Notes: generated from the sequence alone by a model not told the origin. A DNA stretch of 64,000 nt from Macrostomum lignano (GCA_002269645.1 NIVC01000132.1:124001-188000), one strand, 5' to 3'; positions 38,508-51,804 are shown, numbered from the stretch's first letter. Numbers and translations are program-made.

Positions 38508-39240
38508 CGCCATTGTTGTTACATCTGTTTCACCAACTAGCGCCATTGTTGTCACATCTGTTTCACCAGCTAGCGCCATTGTTGTCACATCTGTCTCACC
38601 AGCTAGCGCCACTCCTGTCACACCTGTCTCACCAGCTAGCGCCATTGTTGTCATATCTGTCTCACCAGCTAGCGCCACTCTTGTCACACCTGTCTCACCA
38701 GCTAGCGCCATTCCTGTCACACCTGTCTCACCAGCTAGCGCCATTGTTGTCACATCTGTCTCACCAGCTAGCGCCATTGTTGTCACATCTGTCTCACCAG
38801 CTAGCGCCATTGTTGTCACATCTGTCTCACCAGCTAGCGCCATTGTTGTCACATCTGTCTCACCAGCTAGCGCCATTGTTGTCACATCTGTCTCACCAGC
38901 TAGCGCCATTGTTGTCACATCTGTCTCACCAGCTAGCGCTATTGTTGTCACATCTGTCTCACCAGCTAGCGCCATTGTTGTCACATCTGTCTCACCAGCT
39001 AGCGCCATTGTTGTCACATCTGTCTCACCAGCTAGCGCCATTGTTGTCACATGTCTCACCAGCTAGCGCCATTGTTGTCACATCTGTCTCACCAGCTAGC
39101 GCCATTGTTGTCACATCTGTCTCACCAGCTAGCGCCATTGTTGTCACATCTGTCTCACCAGCTAGCGCCATTGTTGTCACATCTGTCTCACCAGCTAGCG
39201 CCATTGTTGTCACATCTGTCTCACCAGCTAGCGCCACTCC
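38508..39240. repeat. 33-bp minisatellite
   Basis: Unit GCCATTGTTGTCACATCTGTCTCACCAGCTAGC. Confidence 0.97.
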
Positions 39241-40147
39241 TGTTGCAATCCTCAGCAAAGCCGGTGGCATCCAGTAATTTTTGAGTTTAAGTTTCCGCCC
39301 CACCCAGGAGCTGAACTCAATAATATATGGTGCACAGGGAATCGGGTCTGAGGTACTGCGTACTTCATACCATATGCATATGCGATTACTGTGTACCCTC
39401 TTTCTATTGCTAGTGCGTGAACCGACTTCAAGTAGCTTATTTATTTGAGCTGATATAATAGCAATCTTCTTGAAATGGCTGCTATATTATTTGGAAAAAT
39501 GATATTTTACGAGGGAGAGCGAGGGAGAGAGGGGGAGAGGGGGAGATATAGGGAGAGAGGATGCGAAAGAGGGGGGAGAGAGGGGTGAGAGAGGGAGAGA
39601 GGGAGAGAGCGATGGAGAGAGTGAGGAAGAGGTCGAGTGAGAGAGGGGGAGAGGGCGAGGGAGAGGGCGATAGATGGGAGTAGGCTGCAAACAGAAGAGG
39701 ACAGGTTAGTGAAAGTGGGGCTCTGTATATGAGGCTTGATTATTATTATAAGTCATCGAAAAAAAAGAAATGAGAAAATGAGTGTATTTTGGATAGCAAT
39801 GACCGATGTAGATCTGTCACTCCGGACTGGAGCGGATGCTGGGTTCCCATCACTCGCTCACATGGGAGCGGACCACCCAGGCGACAGCTGGGAAAATTAG
39901 CTCGTATTAAGAGAGCGATGAGAAAGGGGCGAAAAGTTGTTAAAAAGGCCCATTTTTCACCATGCACTCCGCGCGGTTTCTATGCGGCTGGTTACGCGGT
40001 TTTTTCTCTCTATGGGAGGCAACAAAAACAAAAAAAACGACAAAGAGAAATTGAGAGCCAAATATTTACTATGCCAGTTGAACATATTGGGACCAAATTT
40101 GCTCCACGTTTATCCGTTTGATCCGTCTGTCCGTTTGATTATCCGTC

Positions 40148-41190
40148 CTCTGAGATTCGTCTCATCTGAGATTCGTCTCCTCTGAGATTTGTCTCCTTTG
40201 AGATTCGTCTCCTCTGAGATTCGTCTCCTCTGAGATTCGTCTCATGTGAGATTCGTCTCCTTTGAGATTCGTCTCCTCTGAGATTCGTCTCCTCTGAGAT
40301 TCGTCTCATCTGAGATTCGTCTCCTCTGAGATTCGTCTCCTCTGAGATTCGTCTCCTCTGAGATTCGTCTCCTTTGAGATTCGTCTCCTCTGAGATTCGT
40401 CTCCTCTGAGATTCACCCTCCTGAGATTCGTCTCTTCTGAGATTCATCGCGTCTGAGATTTGTCTCCTCTGAGATTCGTCTCCTCTGAGATTCGTCTCCT
40501 CTGAGATTCGTCTCCTCTGAGATTCGTCTCCTCTGAGATTTGTTTCCTCTGAGATTTGTTTCCTCTGAGATTCATCGCGTCTGAGATTTGTTTCCTCTGA
40601 GATTCGTCTCCTCTGAGATTCGTCTCCTCTGAGATTCGTCTCCTCTGAGATTTGTCTCCTCTGAGATTCGTCTCATCTGAGATTCGTCTCCTCTGAGATT
40701 CGTCTCCTCTGAGATTTGTCTCCTTTGAGATTCGTCTCCTCTGAGATTCGTCTCCTTTGAGTCGTCTCATCTGAGATTCGTCTCCTCTGAGATTCGTCTC
40801 ATCTGAGATTCGTCTCCTCTGTGATTCGTCTCCTCTGAGATTCGTCTCATCTGAGCTTCGTCTCCTCTGAGATTCGTCTCCTCTGAGATTCGTCTCATCT
40901 GAGATTCGTCTCATCTGAGATTCGTCTCCTCTGAGATTCGTCTCCTCTGAGATTCGTCTCCCCTGAGATTCATCTCCTCTGAGATTCGTCTCCTCTGAGA
41001 TTCGTCTCCTGAGATTCGTACCTGAGATTCGCCCTCAAATTCGTTTCATCTGAGATTCCCTCCTGAGATTCCCCTGAGATTATCTCCTGATATTCCCCTG
41101 AGATTCCCTCCTGAGATTCCCCTGAGATTTCTTCCTGAGATTCCCTGCTGAGATTCCCTTCTGAAATTCCCTTCTGAGATTCCCTTGAGA
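40148..41190. repeat. 16-bp minisatellite, degenerating at its right end
   Basis: Unit CTGAGATTCGTCTCCT. Confidence 0.96.
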
Positions 41191-41837
41191 TTCATCTGTA
41201 TTCATCTCCTGATCTTCGAGCTACAGGCGGCAATGTCATGCAGCAACAGAGCTCAACATGCCAATGGAGTATTGCCGAATACTGAGCCACATGCTCGATG
41301 TGTAGCGGGTCAAGGAGATAGGGACTGATTGAATCGCTGACGGGCTGGCTGGCATGCATAATTTGCCGTTAAGTTTCCCACCCGACCCGCCAGAGAGAGG
41401 AAGCTCGGAATTGAAAGCGAGATCGTATAAACAACAACCATTTCTCCCCCCTGCCCTGCAACCGATGATGAAGGAGTGAAGCTGGGCTCACCATAGGCTT
41501 CTGTGGCTGCCGGACTGCCGAGCTGGTTTCTCGGGGATTAACCGCTTCCCGAATGAGCCCTGTCTGGCCCCCAGTTTCCCGGCTCCTTCTCGCCATCTAT
41601 ATTAAATCCCGCCCCACCCTCCCTACTCATCCGTTGCGCCTCCAACTTAATCAAAACCTGCCCGCCCTTATGCCTGTTCTTATTAGATTACAAGGCCTCT
41701 TTGGTCGATGCATTGCAGTGAGTCCTGCTCAAGTTCAGCCACTGCTAGCAGCTGAATCTAGCGATGATGCATGGCCTCATTTCACTCGCTTTCGTTGCCA
41801 AACCCGCTTGGTCCCTGCTTGATGCCTGACTCCTGAC

Positions 41838-42527
<690 letters not shown>

Positions 42528-42965
42528 ATAGAAATTCTATCCAATCTGAGCCTCCTTTCCTTAACAGCTATCTGTCCTGTGCTAGTAATAATAAATCCTG
42601 ATTCAAGCGTCGCACCTGAGCCCTAGAGACAGGACAGAAAGGAAAAAAGCACCGAGCCTGAAAAAACCGGACAGGTGTCCCGGCCGACCCTTCACCCCCT
42701 CAAGAGCGTTTTCAATGCCTAGTAAAACCCCCTCTGGCCTTTCTCTCAATTTCTTCCGCGCTTTTTCACTGAGCGGATTAAGCTGGGAGGGAAAGTGAGT
42801 CGGGGTCTGGCTGGGGGGGTTGAGCTGCGGACTCACAGATAGGTGAGATTCGGACCGGACAGACAAAGCGGAACTCAGGGGCGGCCAGCGGAGACATTCA
42901 AGTTCAGTCGCAGCCTAGCAGCTTAGTTCGCTAAGCTATGGATTGCGAAAATATTTCGCCTGGCT

Positions 42966-42972
<7 letters not shown>

Positions 42973-43045
<73 letters not shown>
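42973..43045. repeat. (CT)n microsatellite
   Basis: CT run. Confidence 0.97.
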
Positions 43046-44249
43046 GTGTGTGCTTTCCTAGAAATGCACCGACCGCGCTTCGCAACCTGCCAGGCAGGCA
43101 AAAGGGGGAAAAACAGCGGAAGAGAGCAACGGGGGGGGGGGCGACCGTCGGGGTCTCGCATCCACCCTTCCCCGCATTTAATCACATGTCGAGCGCGGCC
43201 CCGGCCGACTCTCCTTGGGCAAACAAGAGCCGCCGAGCGAGCTATGACTGGGCATTAAAAGTGGAAGAGCCTTGAGCAAACACACAATGGGACCGGGAGG
43301 TCCGGGGGGTCCGGGGGGGGGTCAGGGCCGGGGGTAGCCAAGGAGACCGAGAACCGAAGCCTCGATTGAAAACTTTTCCAAAATCTGTCACTTTTAGACA
43401 ACTCGACAACTCTATAAAGGCTGATTTAAGCTTTGAACTGAGACCATAAGTTTAGTACAGCTGTCGGCCTACAGTTGTATATTGGCCTACAGCTGTCAGT
43501 CGGCCTATAGTTGTATATCGACCTACAGTTGTCACTCCAGACGCAGGTTCTAGGCCTCCTTGGGGGCGCAGCAAAAGCAGAATCGTTCGCTCGCTGGAAG
43601 CAAGTCGGTAAAAACTCCCCAGTCCCACCCTCTCCCTGCCCAGAAGTTGCTGCTCCTAAAAGCTGGGACAGGCGGCCCCGCACGGACTGCTCACGAAAAA
43701 ATCGTGACAAAATCGTTGCGAAAAATTCCGGGAGAGAGAAAGTGTGTGTCATGTGTCGAAATGAATATTTTTCTTTTCATTTGAGTTTCCCCAACTTTTG
43801 GGACAATTTTTTCTTATTCCATAGAGAAAACTTTTTAAAATTATAATTTCCCTTTTCTCGGGTTTGCAATGGAACTGATAGAGGTGCGAAGGTGCCATAT
43901 CAAACAAACTGAAACAATTGAAAGTCTTTATTTATTTGTCTGCCTGAAGTCCACTGAGACAGTTATTGCATAGTGTGAATTGCAAACCAGTTTTGTTCGA
44001 GATTGAATGCCTTGGATTTGCATCCTCACCTTCATATCACTTCGCATGCAGTTAAGGATTGAAAGATAAATAATTGACGTTCAAAAAATGTGTCAAAAGG
44101 CCAGTTTTGAAGGCTCGCATTTTTTAACACTCTGTTATGATCGGTCGGTACGAGTACTGAGGCTACAGAATCTTTTAAACAAATAGCGAAAATATAAATT
44201 TTACCTCATTCCTTCTACGATTGTTTTATTCGTTTAAAGAGTCGCCGCT

Positions 44250-44615
44250 TTCCCCTCCTGGTCCTTCTCTCTGGGCCGCCACAATCCCCTCCTGGTCCTT
44301 CTCTCTGGGCCGCCACTATCCCCTCCTGGTCCTTCTCTGGGCCGCCGCTATCCCCTCCTGGTCCTTCTCTCTGGGCCGCCACAATCCCCTCCTGGTCCTT
44401 CTCTCTGGGCCGCCACTATCCCCTCCTGGTCCTTCTCTGGGCCGCCACTATCCCCTTCTGGTCCTTCTCTGGGCCGCCACTATCTCCTTCTGGTCCTTCT
44501 CTGGGCCGCCACTATCCCCTCCTGGTCCTTCTCTGGGCCGCCACTATCCCCTTCTGGTCCTTCTCTGGGCCGCCACTATCACCTCCTGGTCTTCTCTGGG
44601 TTGCCGCTATCCTTT
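44250..44615. repeat. About 32-bp minisatellite
   Basis: Unit CCCCTCCTGGTCCTTCTCTGGGCCGCCACTAT. Confidence 0.94.
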
Positions 44616-45111
44616 TCTGGTCCTTCCGAGAGCCTCTCAATTGCTTGTATGAATATTCTACGATAAACCGCCCTGGAATCAAAAAATTTATTTTTTTGCG
44701 AAGTCAAGGTTGGTTACTTTGATTGATTGAAAAATACTTAACAAATGAAATATACTACTTACTGGCTGAAAGTAGTCAGATTCAATTTTATATTCTCCCT
44801 AAATATCGACAAGCTAACAAAAGTAATATCAAACCGAGGCCACACCAAACCGCGAAGTCCTCAAACTTCCAATCTAAATGAGGCAAGGCAAGAATCACAC
44901 TAAGGAACAGGGTCACACAACCTGTAAAGCCTAATGCAGTGACGCTGTCACAGATTTTACGGTGAAGAACTGAAATCACCGAAAATTTGACAAGATTCAC
45001 GTGCACACAGCAATCCTATTGACCCTTCTTTGGCTTCCCTGCCGCAGGAAAGACTGCAACACGCGATAGCTAGTAGATCGCTCCAGGAAATTTTGGAAAT
45101 CGTTTTGGAGC

Positions 45112-45625
45112 CACTGACACTCAATTCGGCATATCTGACTCTCAATTCGGCATGTCTGACTCTCAATTCGGCATCTCTGACACTCAATTCGGCATCTCTG
45201 ACACTCAATTCGGCATGTCTGACTCTCAATTCGGCATCTCTGACTCTCAATTCGACACCCCTGACACTCAATTCGGCATGTCTGACACTCAATTCGGCAT
45301 CTCTGACTCTCAATTCGACACCCCTGACACTCAATTCGGCATCTCTGACTCTCAATTCGACACCCCTGACACTCAATTCGGCATCTCTGACTCTCAATTC
45401 GGCATTTCTGACTCTCAATTCGACACCCCTGACACTCAATTCGGCATTTCTGACTCTCAATTCGACACCCCTGACACTCAATTCGGCATTTCTGACACTC
45501 AATTCACCCTGTCTGACACTCAATTGACACCTCTGACACTCAATTTGATACCCTCTGACACTCAATTTGATACCCTCTGACACTCAATTTGATACCCTCT
45601 GACACTCATTTGACACCCTCTGACA
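45112..45625. repeat. 21-bp minisatellite
   Basis: Units CTGACTCTCAATTCGGCATCT and CTGACACTCAATTCGACACCC. Confidence 0.94.
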
Positions 45626-46879
45626 TTCGTCCCTGGCGCTCATTGCAATAATTTGAAGGAAGGAATGAAGTAAGTCACACACCAATAACTCTTTACGGTC
45701 ACCCAATAGAAAGTTTACAAAAAGGTCAACGAAGATAAGAATCGAAGCCTCTAATACGCTGCAGAGCAAAAGAGAAGACAACTTACTCCTGAACCAGCGG
45801 GTGTCTCAATGGCAGATTCGCGATGCATCTCAGCCAGGCCATTGTTCTCGAATCATTCTTGTTAAAAAATCTCTTAAACGCTCTTCTACGAAGCAGGATT
45901 TTTTTCAACGCTCGAGGTCGAATCCGATCGCCGGACCACCGCGAGCTGCCCGGGGGGACCCTTAAATACTTCCAACCAAGGGATCTCTTTATGTAGTTAG
46001 TAATGGAAAACTGAGCAAATTGCGCTTCTCTCAGCCAGGAGGGGAAGCTCCGTAGGAGGAGAATTTGCTTGGGGACGGGGGCCTCGCGGCTGCTCAAAGC
46101 ACAAATATGTGCTCAGGGAGTTGAGCTCAGGGCCGCTGCAGCTTGGGCTTTGGTGGACCGATTTGCTCTCTCTCTCTCTTCTCTGTGTGTATCTTTGAGA
46201 CGGAAGAGGAGAGAGAGAGGAGAGAGACGAGTTTCGTAGGAAGGGAAAACATTGAGCCGAAAGCCAAGCCAGGGGCCGTTCTGCAGTTGTTTATCGAAGC
46301 TCATTGAAGTCAAGTTCCAACAAAATCGAGCTCTTGTGCAGCTTAGCTGAAGAATCTGCTCTCTCTCTCTCTCTCTCTGTGTGTGTGCGCGCGCTAAGGA
46401 CTACTAGGCTAGACCAGGGCTACTTAACTACCAGTGGTCCTTGGTGTGTGCGCTCCCGACACTGTTGAACTGCCAGAACTGGTTCTCAAGCTCAATACGA
46501 TCATGGTCGGGTCATTTTCCTCGAATGAATTCCCGGATTGGCAGAAGGAAAATATGGCATGTGTGTTTGGGGGGACACGAATTTTTTTAGACTTCGCCTC
46601 CAACCCCCGCCCGGCCCCTTAGTCCAACAACTGGCTGGCGTGCTCGGCCCTGTGTGCCCAGGGCAAACATCCCGCCAGTGTGTGGCGGGCGGCCGCGGCT
46701 GCCTTTTCTTCTGTTCTGCGACAACTCCGTCCTGTTGGCGCTCTTTGCTGCGTCTGCCGACACCCTGCCGACAAGCTGTGCGCTCTCGAAACTCGGACTA
46801 GGCGTCAAGGATTTTGCACGGTTTTTATTCAACAACACGAGGCCTCGGTCTCTGACGCTGCGACGCTCCGAAAGTTGCA

Positions 46880-47275
46880 CGTTCCGACACTCCGACACCC
46901 CCGACACTCATAAATTCAACGTTTTGACATTCCGACACTCTGACACATCGACACTCCGATACACGTTCAATCCAACGCTTCGACACATCGACACTCCGAC
47001 CCTCATATGATCCAACGCTTCGAAATTCCGAAACCTCGACACTCTGACACACGTACAATCCAACGCTTCGACACATCGACACTCCGACCCTCATATTATC
47101 AAACGCTTCGAAATTCCGAAACCTCGACACTCCGACACTCTGACACACGTACAATCCAACGCTTCGACACATCGACACTCCGACCCTCATATTATCAAAC
47201 GCTTCGAAATTCCGAAACCTCGACACTCCGACACTCTAACGCAGATACCCTAACAGTAATACCCGACACCCCGAC
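46880..47275. repeat. CGACAC-rich degenerate repeat containing a roughly 100-bp tandem duplication
   Basis: Repeated CGACACTCCGACAC motifs. The block AACGCTTCGAAATTCCGAAACCTCGACACT occurs three times. Confidence 0.85.
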
Positions 47276-47628
47276 ACAATGATATTTTGGTACTTTTACT
47301 TTGGCTGTGATCTACGAGCGTATGATTTGGGAGTATGCAAGCGGCCATTTTTGCATGAAAAAAGTTTCGAAAAACAATAATACGAGTACTATACTTATTG
47401 ATGAAGCCAGCTCGGTTCATTTCAAATCAGAGTTATCCGTCAGCAAAGTCGCACGCGCACGGGCGCAGCCGCACTTTGCAAGAAACCCCCGCTCCCAAAC
47501 AAAAGAACGTAAAAGAGGAACGCGATGAGCAGAGCATAGAAAGTGCATAGAATAATCATACCACTCTCCCTAGGATTTAAAAGACGCAACAAATTGTATA
47601 TGGCAAAAGTTCTCAGAAAGTCAAGAAT

Positions 47629-49620
47629 TCACTTTGGAGGATAAAAATGTTGGAGGTCGTCGTTCTCTGGCCGTTCGTCTCGGCAGCTGAGCCTTTTGCT
47701 GATTGGTTTCGGTCGCTGTCTCACACCCGGGCCGTCGTCACCGTCGAACAGCTTGGGAGGAAGCTTCACCCGGGCATCGGGCGCCTGGAGCAGAGGATCG
47801 CCCAGTCCGTCATCAACTTCGACTGCGGTCGCCTGCAGGTTGTCACCGGGTCGTAAGGAGATGCACCGTTCCATGAATTTCAGGACCCGGGGCCGGCCCC
47901 ACTCGGTAGTTGACCTCGCCAAGCTTCTTCCGGATGATGCTCGGCCCGGACCAGCGGTTACTGAGGTTTTTCGATCTGCCAGATTTCACCACCTTGCAGC
48001 TCAACATCACCAGCCTGCCCTCCTTGTACGGCCGGAGTCCCCATGTTGTACCGCTCGTTGCGACCAGCTGTCCAGCATAAGTGCGCGGCGGCTTTTCTGC
48101 ATGCCGAGCCGCTGGCACAGGGACTGGAGCAGTTGGCTTTCGAATTGACGTCCTTGGTCGCTGTGGATTGCGTCTGGGACGCCCTGCCGAAGCGCTACCT
48201 GCCGGAACACAGCGTCGGCCACCCGCTCAGTCTCGATGCTTGGCAGAGCGCAGGTCTCCATCCACTTGGAGCAGCAGTCACAAATGCTCAGCACTTAGCT
48301 GTTGCCTCGTGGCGTCCTTGACAGCGAACCCTTGATATCGATCTGGACCATCTCCCATGGCCTCGACAGCAGTGGCGTCGCTTGCAGTGGTGCCCGCTGC
48401 GGCCGACTGTTATGGATCTTCTGCTGAAGACAGGCGGCGCAGTTCTTGACGTTGCTCTGCATGCCCGGCTACCAGCAGCGGTCGGCTAGATTGTCCAGTG
48501 TTCGGTGGCTGCTGCAGGCGGCGGCGGCTTGCCTTGTCGGACCAGCGCACCGTCTTGCCCGATCTCGACGTCGCCATTCGCTAAGACGTCTTCGATTCGC
48601 TGACGACAGCCCTGGGATAGGTGGACGAAACCTATCATCTAATCATCTCACTAATCATCTTGAAGACATTCTGCAGAAGGCTGTCACGGAGCTGCTCTGC
48701 CAGCAAGTCACAACTGTCCGACTGAGCACGTCGCGGACACCCACGTCCTCTCGCCCTGGCCAGTATCAGAGAGCGAAGCTGAACGACTGGATGGTTTCGA
48801 GCCAACGCGCCAGCCGACTCTCTGACTCCTTGGTCTGCAGCACAGCATGTCAATGAATCGTCGCACCTCCTCGGCACAACTTGGCGACTGAATCTTGAAC
48901 CTTGACTGACTGGCCGATTTGAATTGTGGCTCAGGCAGTCCCGATGCAACTCAAGCGGCTTTCATCGATCGCAGTCGGGCAGCAGCTTTCATCAGACATC
49001 GGGCTCGAGCTGGAGGCCTCACGATCAGGGATGTCTGTGCGCCAGAATCGAGCAGGAAACTGACCTCCTTGCCTTGCAGAAGCGCGCGCACAAAGATGGA
49101 GAGTGCAGATTAGGCACGTAGTTGTCGGGTTGGAGCTGGCCCTTCGCCCGCTAACCCTCGATCAGAAGCTCCCGGCGGCTGAGCCTTTGATGGCCGGGCA
49201 GACAGCTTCGCTGTGGCCCCAGCCGGAGCAGTTGAAGCAGGGACCTCGGCCCTGAGATCCGCCGGCAGTACACCGGAGACAATAGGGCCTTCTTGCCACA
49301 CCAAAAGCAGCTTGATGACCGATCTCTCGGCCTACCGCCACCGCGTTCTCTCGCGCTGCCGCCCCTCAACCACAGCCGACAGGGTCTCCAGCTGTCTGAT
49401 TAAAAAAATAGCTGCAGGCTAGCCTTATCAGTCAATCGTCGCCTCGCCAAAGTGGGCGAGTTGCTTGGTTTGCCGTAGCTTGCGATTTACTCCAGCCTCA
49501 TGGCCCGCTCAACCAGCTCCTCCAGCGTGCAGGAGTTCAGGTCTCTGTTCTTGAGCAGGGCGTCGCATCCGCAATCAATATCTACTATACTAAATGATTC
49601 AGAACTTCACTTTACGACCT
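47629..49620 (-). mobile_element. Ty3/Gypsy LTR retrotransposon remnant: gag-protease-integrase, with no RT/RNaseH
   Basis: Minus strand: gag (TLEELVERAMRLE; knuckle-like SCFWCGKKG), then protease (VSFLLDSGAQTSLI at about 49058-49030). Integrase follows (VKNCAACLQQK..PWEMVQIDIKG..DCCSKWMET..GVPDAIHSDQGRQFES) with a GPY/F region (RWSGPSII..VNYRV). Stops and frameshifts are present. A possible PPT AGGGAGAG at 47571-47564 is followed by an unpaired candidate 3' LTR (about 47306-47563). Confidence 0.9.
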
Positions 49621-50322
49621 CGCGGGTCGTCATGGCCACTGATAGCAGTACGCATAGCACGAATACTCTACATGTACGTGTACATGTACTGTATGTCAGA
49701 AATTTTTGAGAAAAGTAAGGAAGAAGGTCGATCTAATTTTGAGCATGTAACACTAACCAAGCATTTAACTTCTTAGTGGTCCTTCCCTAGACCCCTATTT
49801 ACAGAAATTATGTATTAGATAGTTTAATTCACAATAAAGAAGTAAGCAAAAAATTTATGACTCTACCTCTAGTTTGGTCGTTGGTAACGCGATTTTATTC
49901 AACTCTCAACACTGTACAACAGTGCGATCACCAGAGGCGCGCGCAGCTTTAAGGGGCTGCGACCCTCCAATAGGGCTGGCACCTTTTTGTAAGCTGATAT
50001 GGCACCGCTACCCCTTGCGCTCCTGGGTGCCGTTTCGAATAGAAATTGAAAGATTCGTCCATGAAGCATATCAGCTGATGTCAACACACCGTCATTAGTA
50101 GGGTTCTAATATTTTTATTTTTGTGCTCTTAGAACCCGTAACAAAATATTTAAGCAATTTTTAGCACCGTTTCAGTCCTTTTTTGAAAGGAAAACTTTTA
50201 ATTAGGAAAGCAGAACAAAAATAATTGTTAGTTCAAGTTAAAAATTCAATATCGAACATCACGATTTAGCGTAATTTTTTCGCATTGTGCTTTTTATAGA
50301 TTTTAAAACATATCCCGTCAAT

Positions 50323-50582
50323 GGCCCTTTTCATATTATCAATTCCAGAACCAGAATCGGTTCGGAATTCCAAGAAAAACAGCAGTATAACTATTAAACT
50401 CTGTTAATATTTGACTGCCTTAACAACCTAACTTAGCAAAATTTTTCACTTTATTCTTGGCGATTGTCATTCAATAATAAAAACTTTATAGCACGTATCT
50501 CCCTCTAGTTATGGAGACAAAAAGTTATACTTCACTAATTGGTTCTGGTTCTGGAACCAGAGCAAGCAGTATGAAAAGGCCC
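50323..50582. mobile_element. 260-bp MITE, PIF/Harbinger-like
   Basis: TIR GGCCCTTTTCATA / TATGAAAAGGCCC (1 mismatch), inner CCAGAACCAGAA / TTCTGGTTCTGG, and a 3-bp direct repeat AAT on both sides (50320-22, 50583-85). Confidence 0.75.
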
Positions 50583-51141
50583 AATGAAACATTATCCACT
50601 CACACACGACCACATTGACAATATGACATCGACATGGCTATCATAGCTGTAATGACTAACATAGTCCGCCCCGGTCTCCATCTAGAGTTTTTATTCATGG
50701 ACGGGACACCAACGACATGTATTGTGTATAATATTAACTATCAGTCCCAGTGTAGGTCAAGCAATTAGCCTAGCTTAAATAAATGTATGGATGAAAATAA
50801 AACTATGGGATAAGCAAAACAAACAATGACCAGTATATCTGATCCATGTGGTAAATAGGAATTAGGTCTATTTTGAAAGCCATAGATATTAATAATAGGG
50901 CCACGGCCACTAGGGCCTAGGCCTAATTCAATATAGACAATAATATTGATTTGATAATCATTAGACATTAGGCCTGTTGCTATGGCCTGCTGAAAAAAGA
51001 CATAAGTTACTTTATTGTAAATTATTATATGCCAAAAATGTAAAATTTCTAATTAAACATAATTTCACTAGTGGATAATAAATAATGTCACCAATCAATT
51101 TTGAATATTTTATTAGTTTGTCTATGTTTATAATGATATAT

Positions 51142-51335
51142 CAGGGGTGTAGCCAGGAATTTCCTATGGGGGGATACACCAAGGTGAATTTTCTACAAGG
51201 GGATACACCAAGGTAAAAGTGCTATGACAAAAGTATATGGTAGTATGTATAGCAACAAAGGGCAACAAAAAAGTTTTGGTCAAGCTCTTCAACTTTGGCG
51301 GGGAAATCCCCTCTATCCCCCTTCCCTCATGCCTG
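51142..51335 (+). mobile_element. Possible degenerate CAGGGG(C/T)GTAGCCAG-type non-autonomous element
   Basis: Starts CAGGGGTGTAGCCAGGAATTT and ends in a C-rich tract CCCCTTCCCTCATGCCTG. The TIR match is poor and no clean TSD is seen. Confidence 0.3.
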
Positions 51336-51506
51336 GATAGTATTTTACTTATAAAAAAGAATATATCTCATTTTAAGTTTTAACCAATTAATTTTATATC
51401 CTAATTCCTAAGTGTAGAAACATTTCTATTAGTTATATTTAAGTTTTTTATTATTTATAATATACTTTGCCTGTCCGGAAGGTTGTGAGAATGTGTTAGT
51501 CAAGCA

Positions 51507-51804
51507 CATACATGCGCAACCTCCAAAATTCGGTCGGCCATACGACTTAGTTTTAACAAAAATGCGACGTAGTTTTTGGCCAAAAATGCGACTTGCATGT
51601 AAAAAAACCCTAAAGCAAAATCAACGCAACTTTGGGTAAACGGCAGGAGTAACTATGACTGTCTTATTAAGTAAAAATGCCTCGTCATCTACTTAGTACT
51701 ACTACTTTGGTATTTTTTTGGGTGGGCATTTTTGCGACTTTCTTGATTGGCCGCCAAATCGGTCAGCCGGATCGGCCGACTCGGCCGACTGTTGCGCATG
51801 TATG
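51507..51804. mobile_element. 298-bp hAT-type MITE nested in the mariner
   Basis: Perfect 14-bp TIR CATACATGCGCAAC (51507-20) / GTTGCGCATGTATG (51791-804). Perfect 8-bp TSD GTCAAGCA (51499-506 and 51805-812). Confidence 0.9.
51634..51697 (+). other. 28S rRNA-derived 64-nt fragment (R2/I-PpoI target region), copy 1
   Basis: GGGTAAACGGCAGGAGTAACTATGACTGTCTTATTAAGTAAAAATGCCTCGTCATCTACTTAGT versus the eukaryotic LSU sequence as recalled, GGGTAAACGGCGGGAGTAACTATGACTCTCTTAAGGTAGCCAAATGCCTCGTCATCTAATTAGT: 53/64 ungapped by hand. Confidence 0.85.

Noticed and set aside
38458-39303. Long periodic ORFs (AIVVTSVSPAS and similar; likewise at 30.5, 32-33.5, 40, 45, 55.6, 56.6-57.4 and 61.9-62.7 kb)
   Set aside because: These are translations of minisatellites whose units lack stops. 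There is no splice or homology support.
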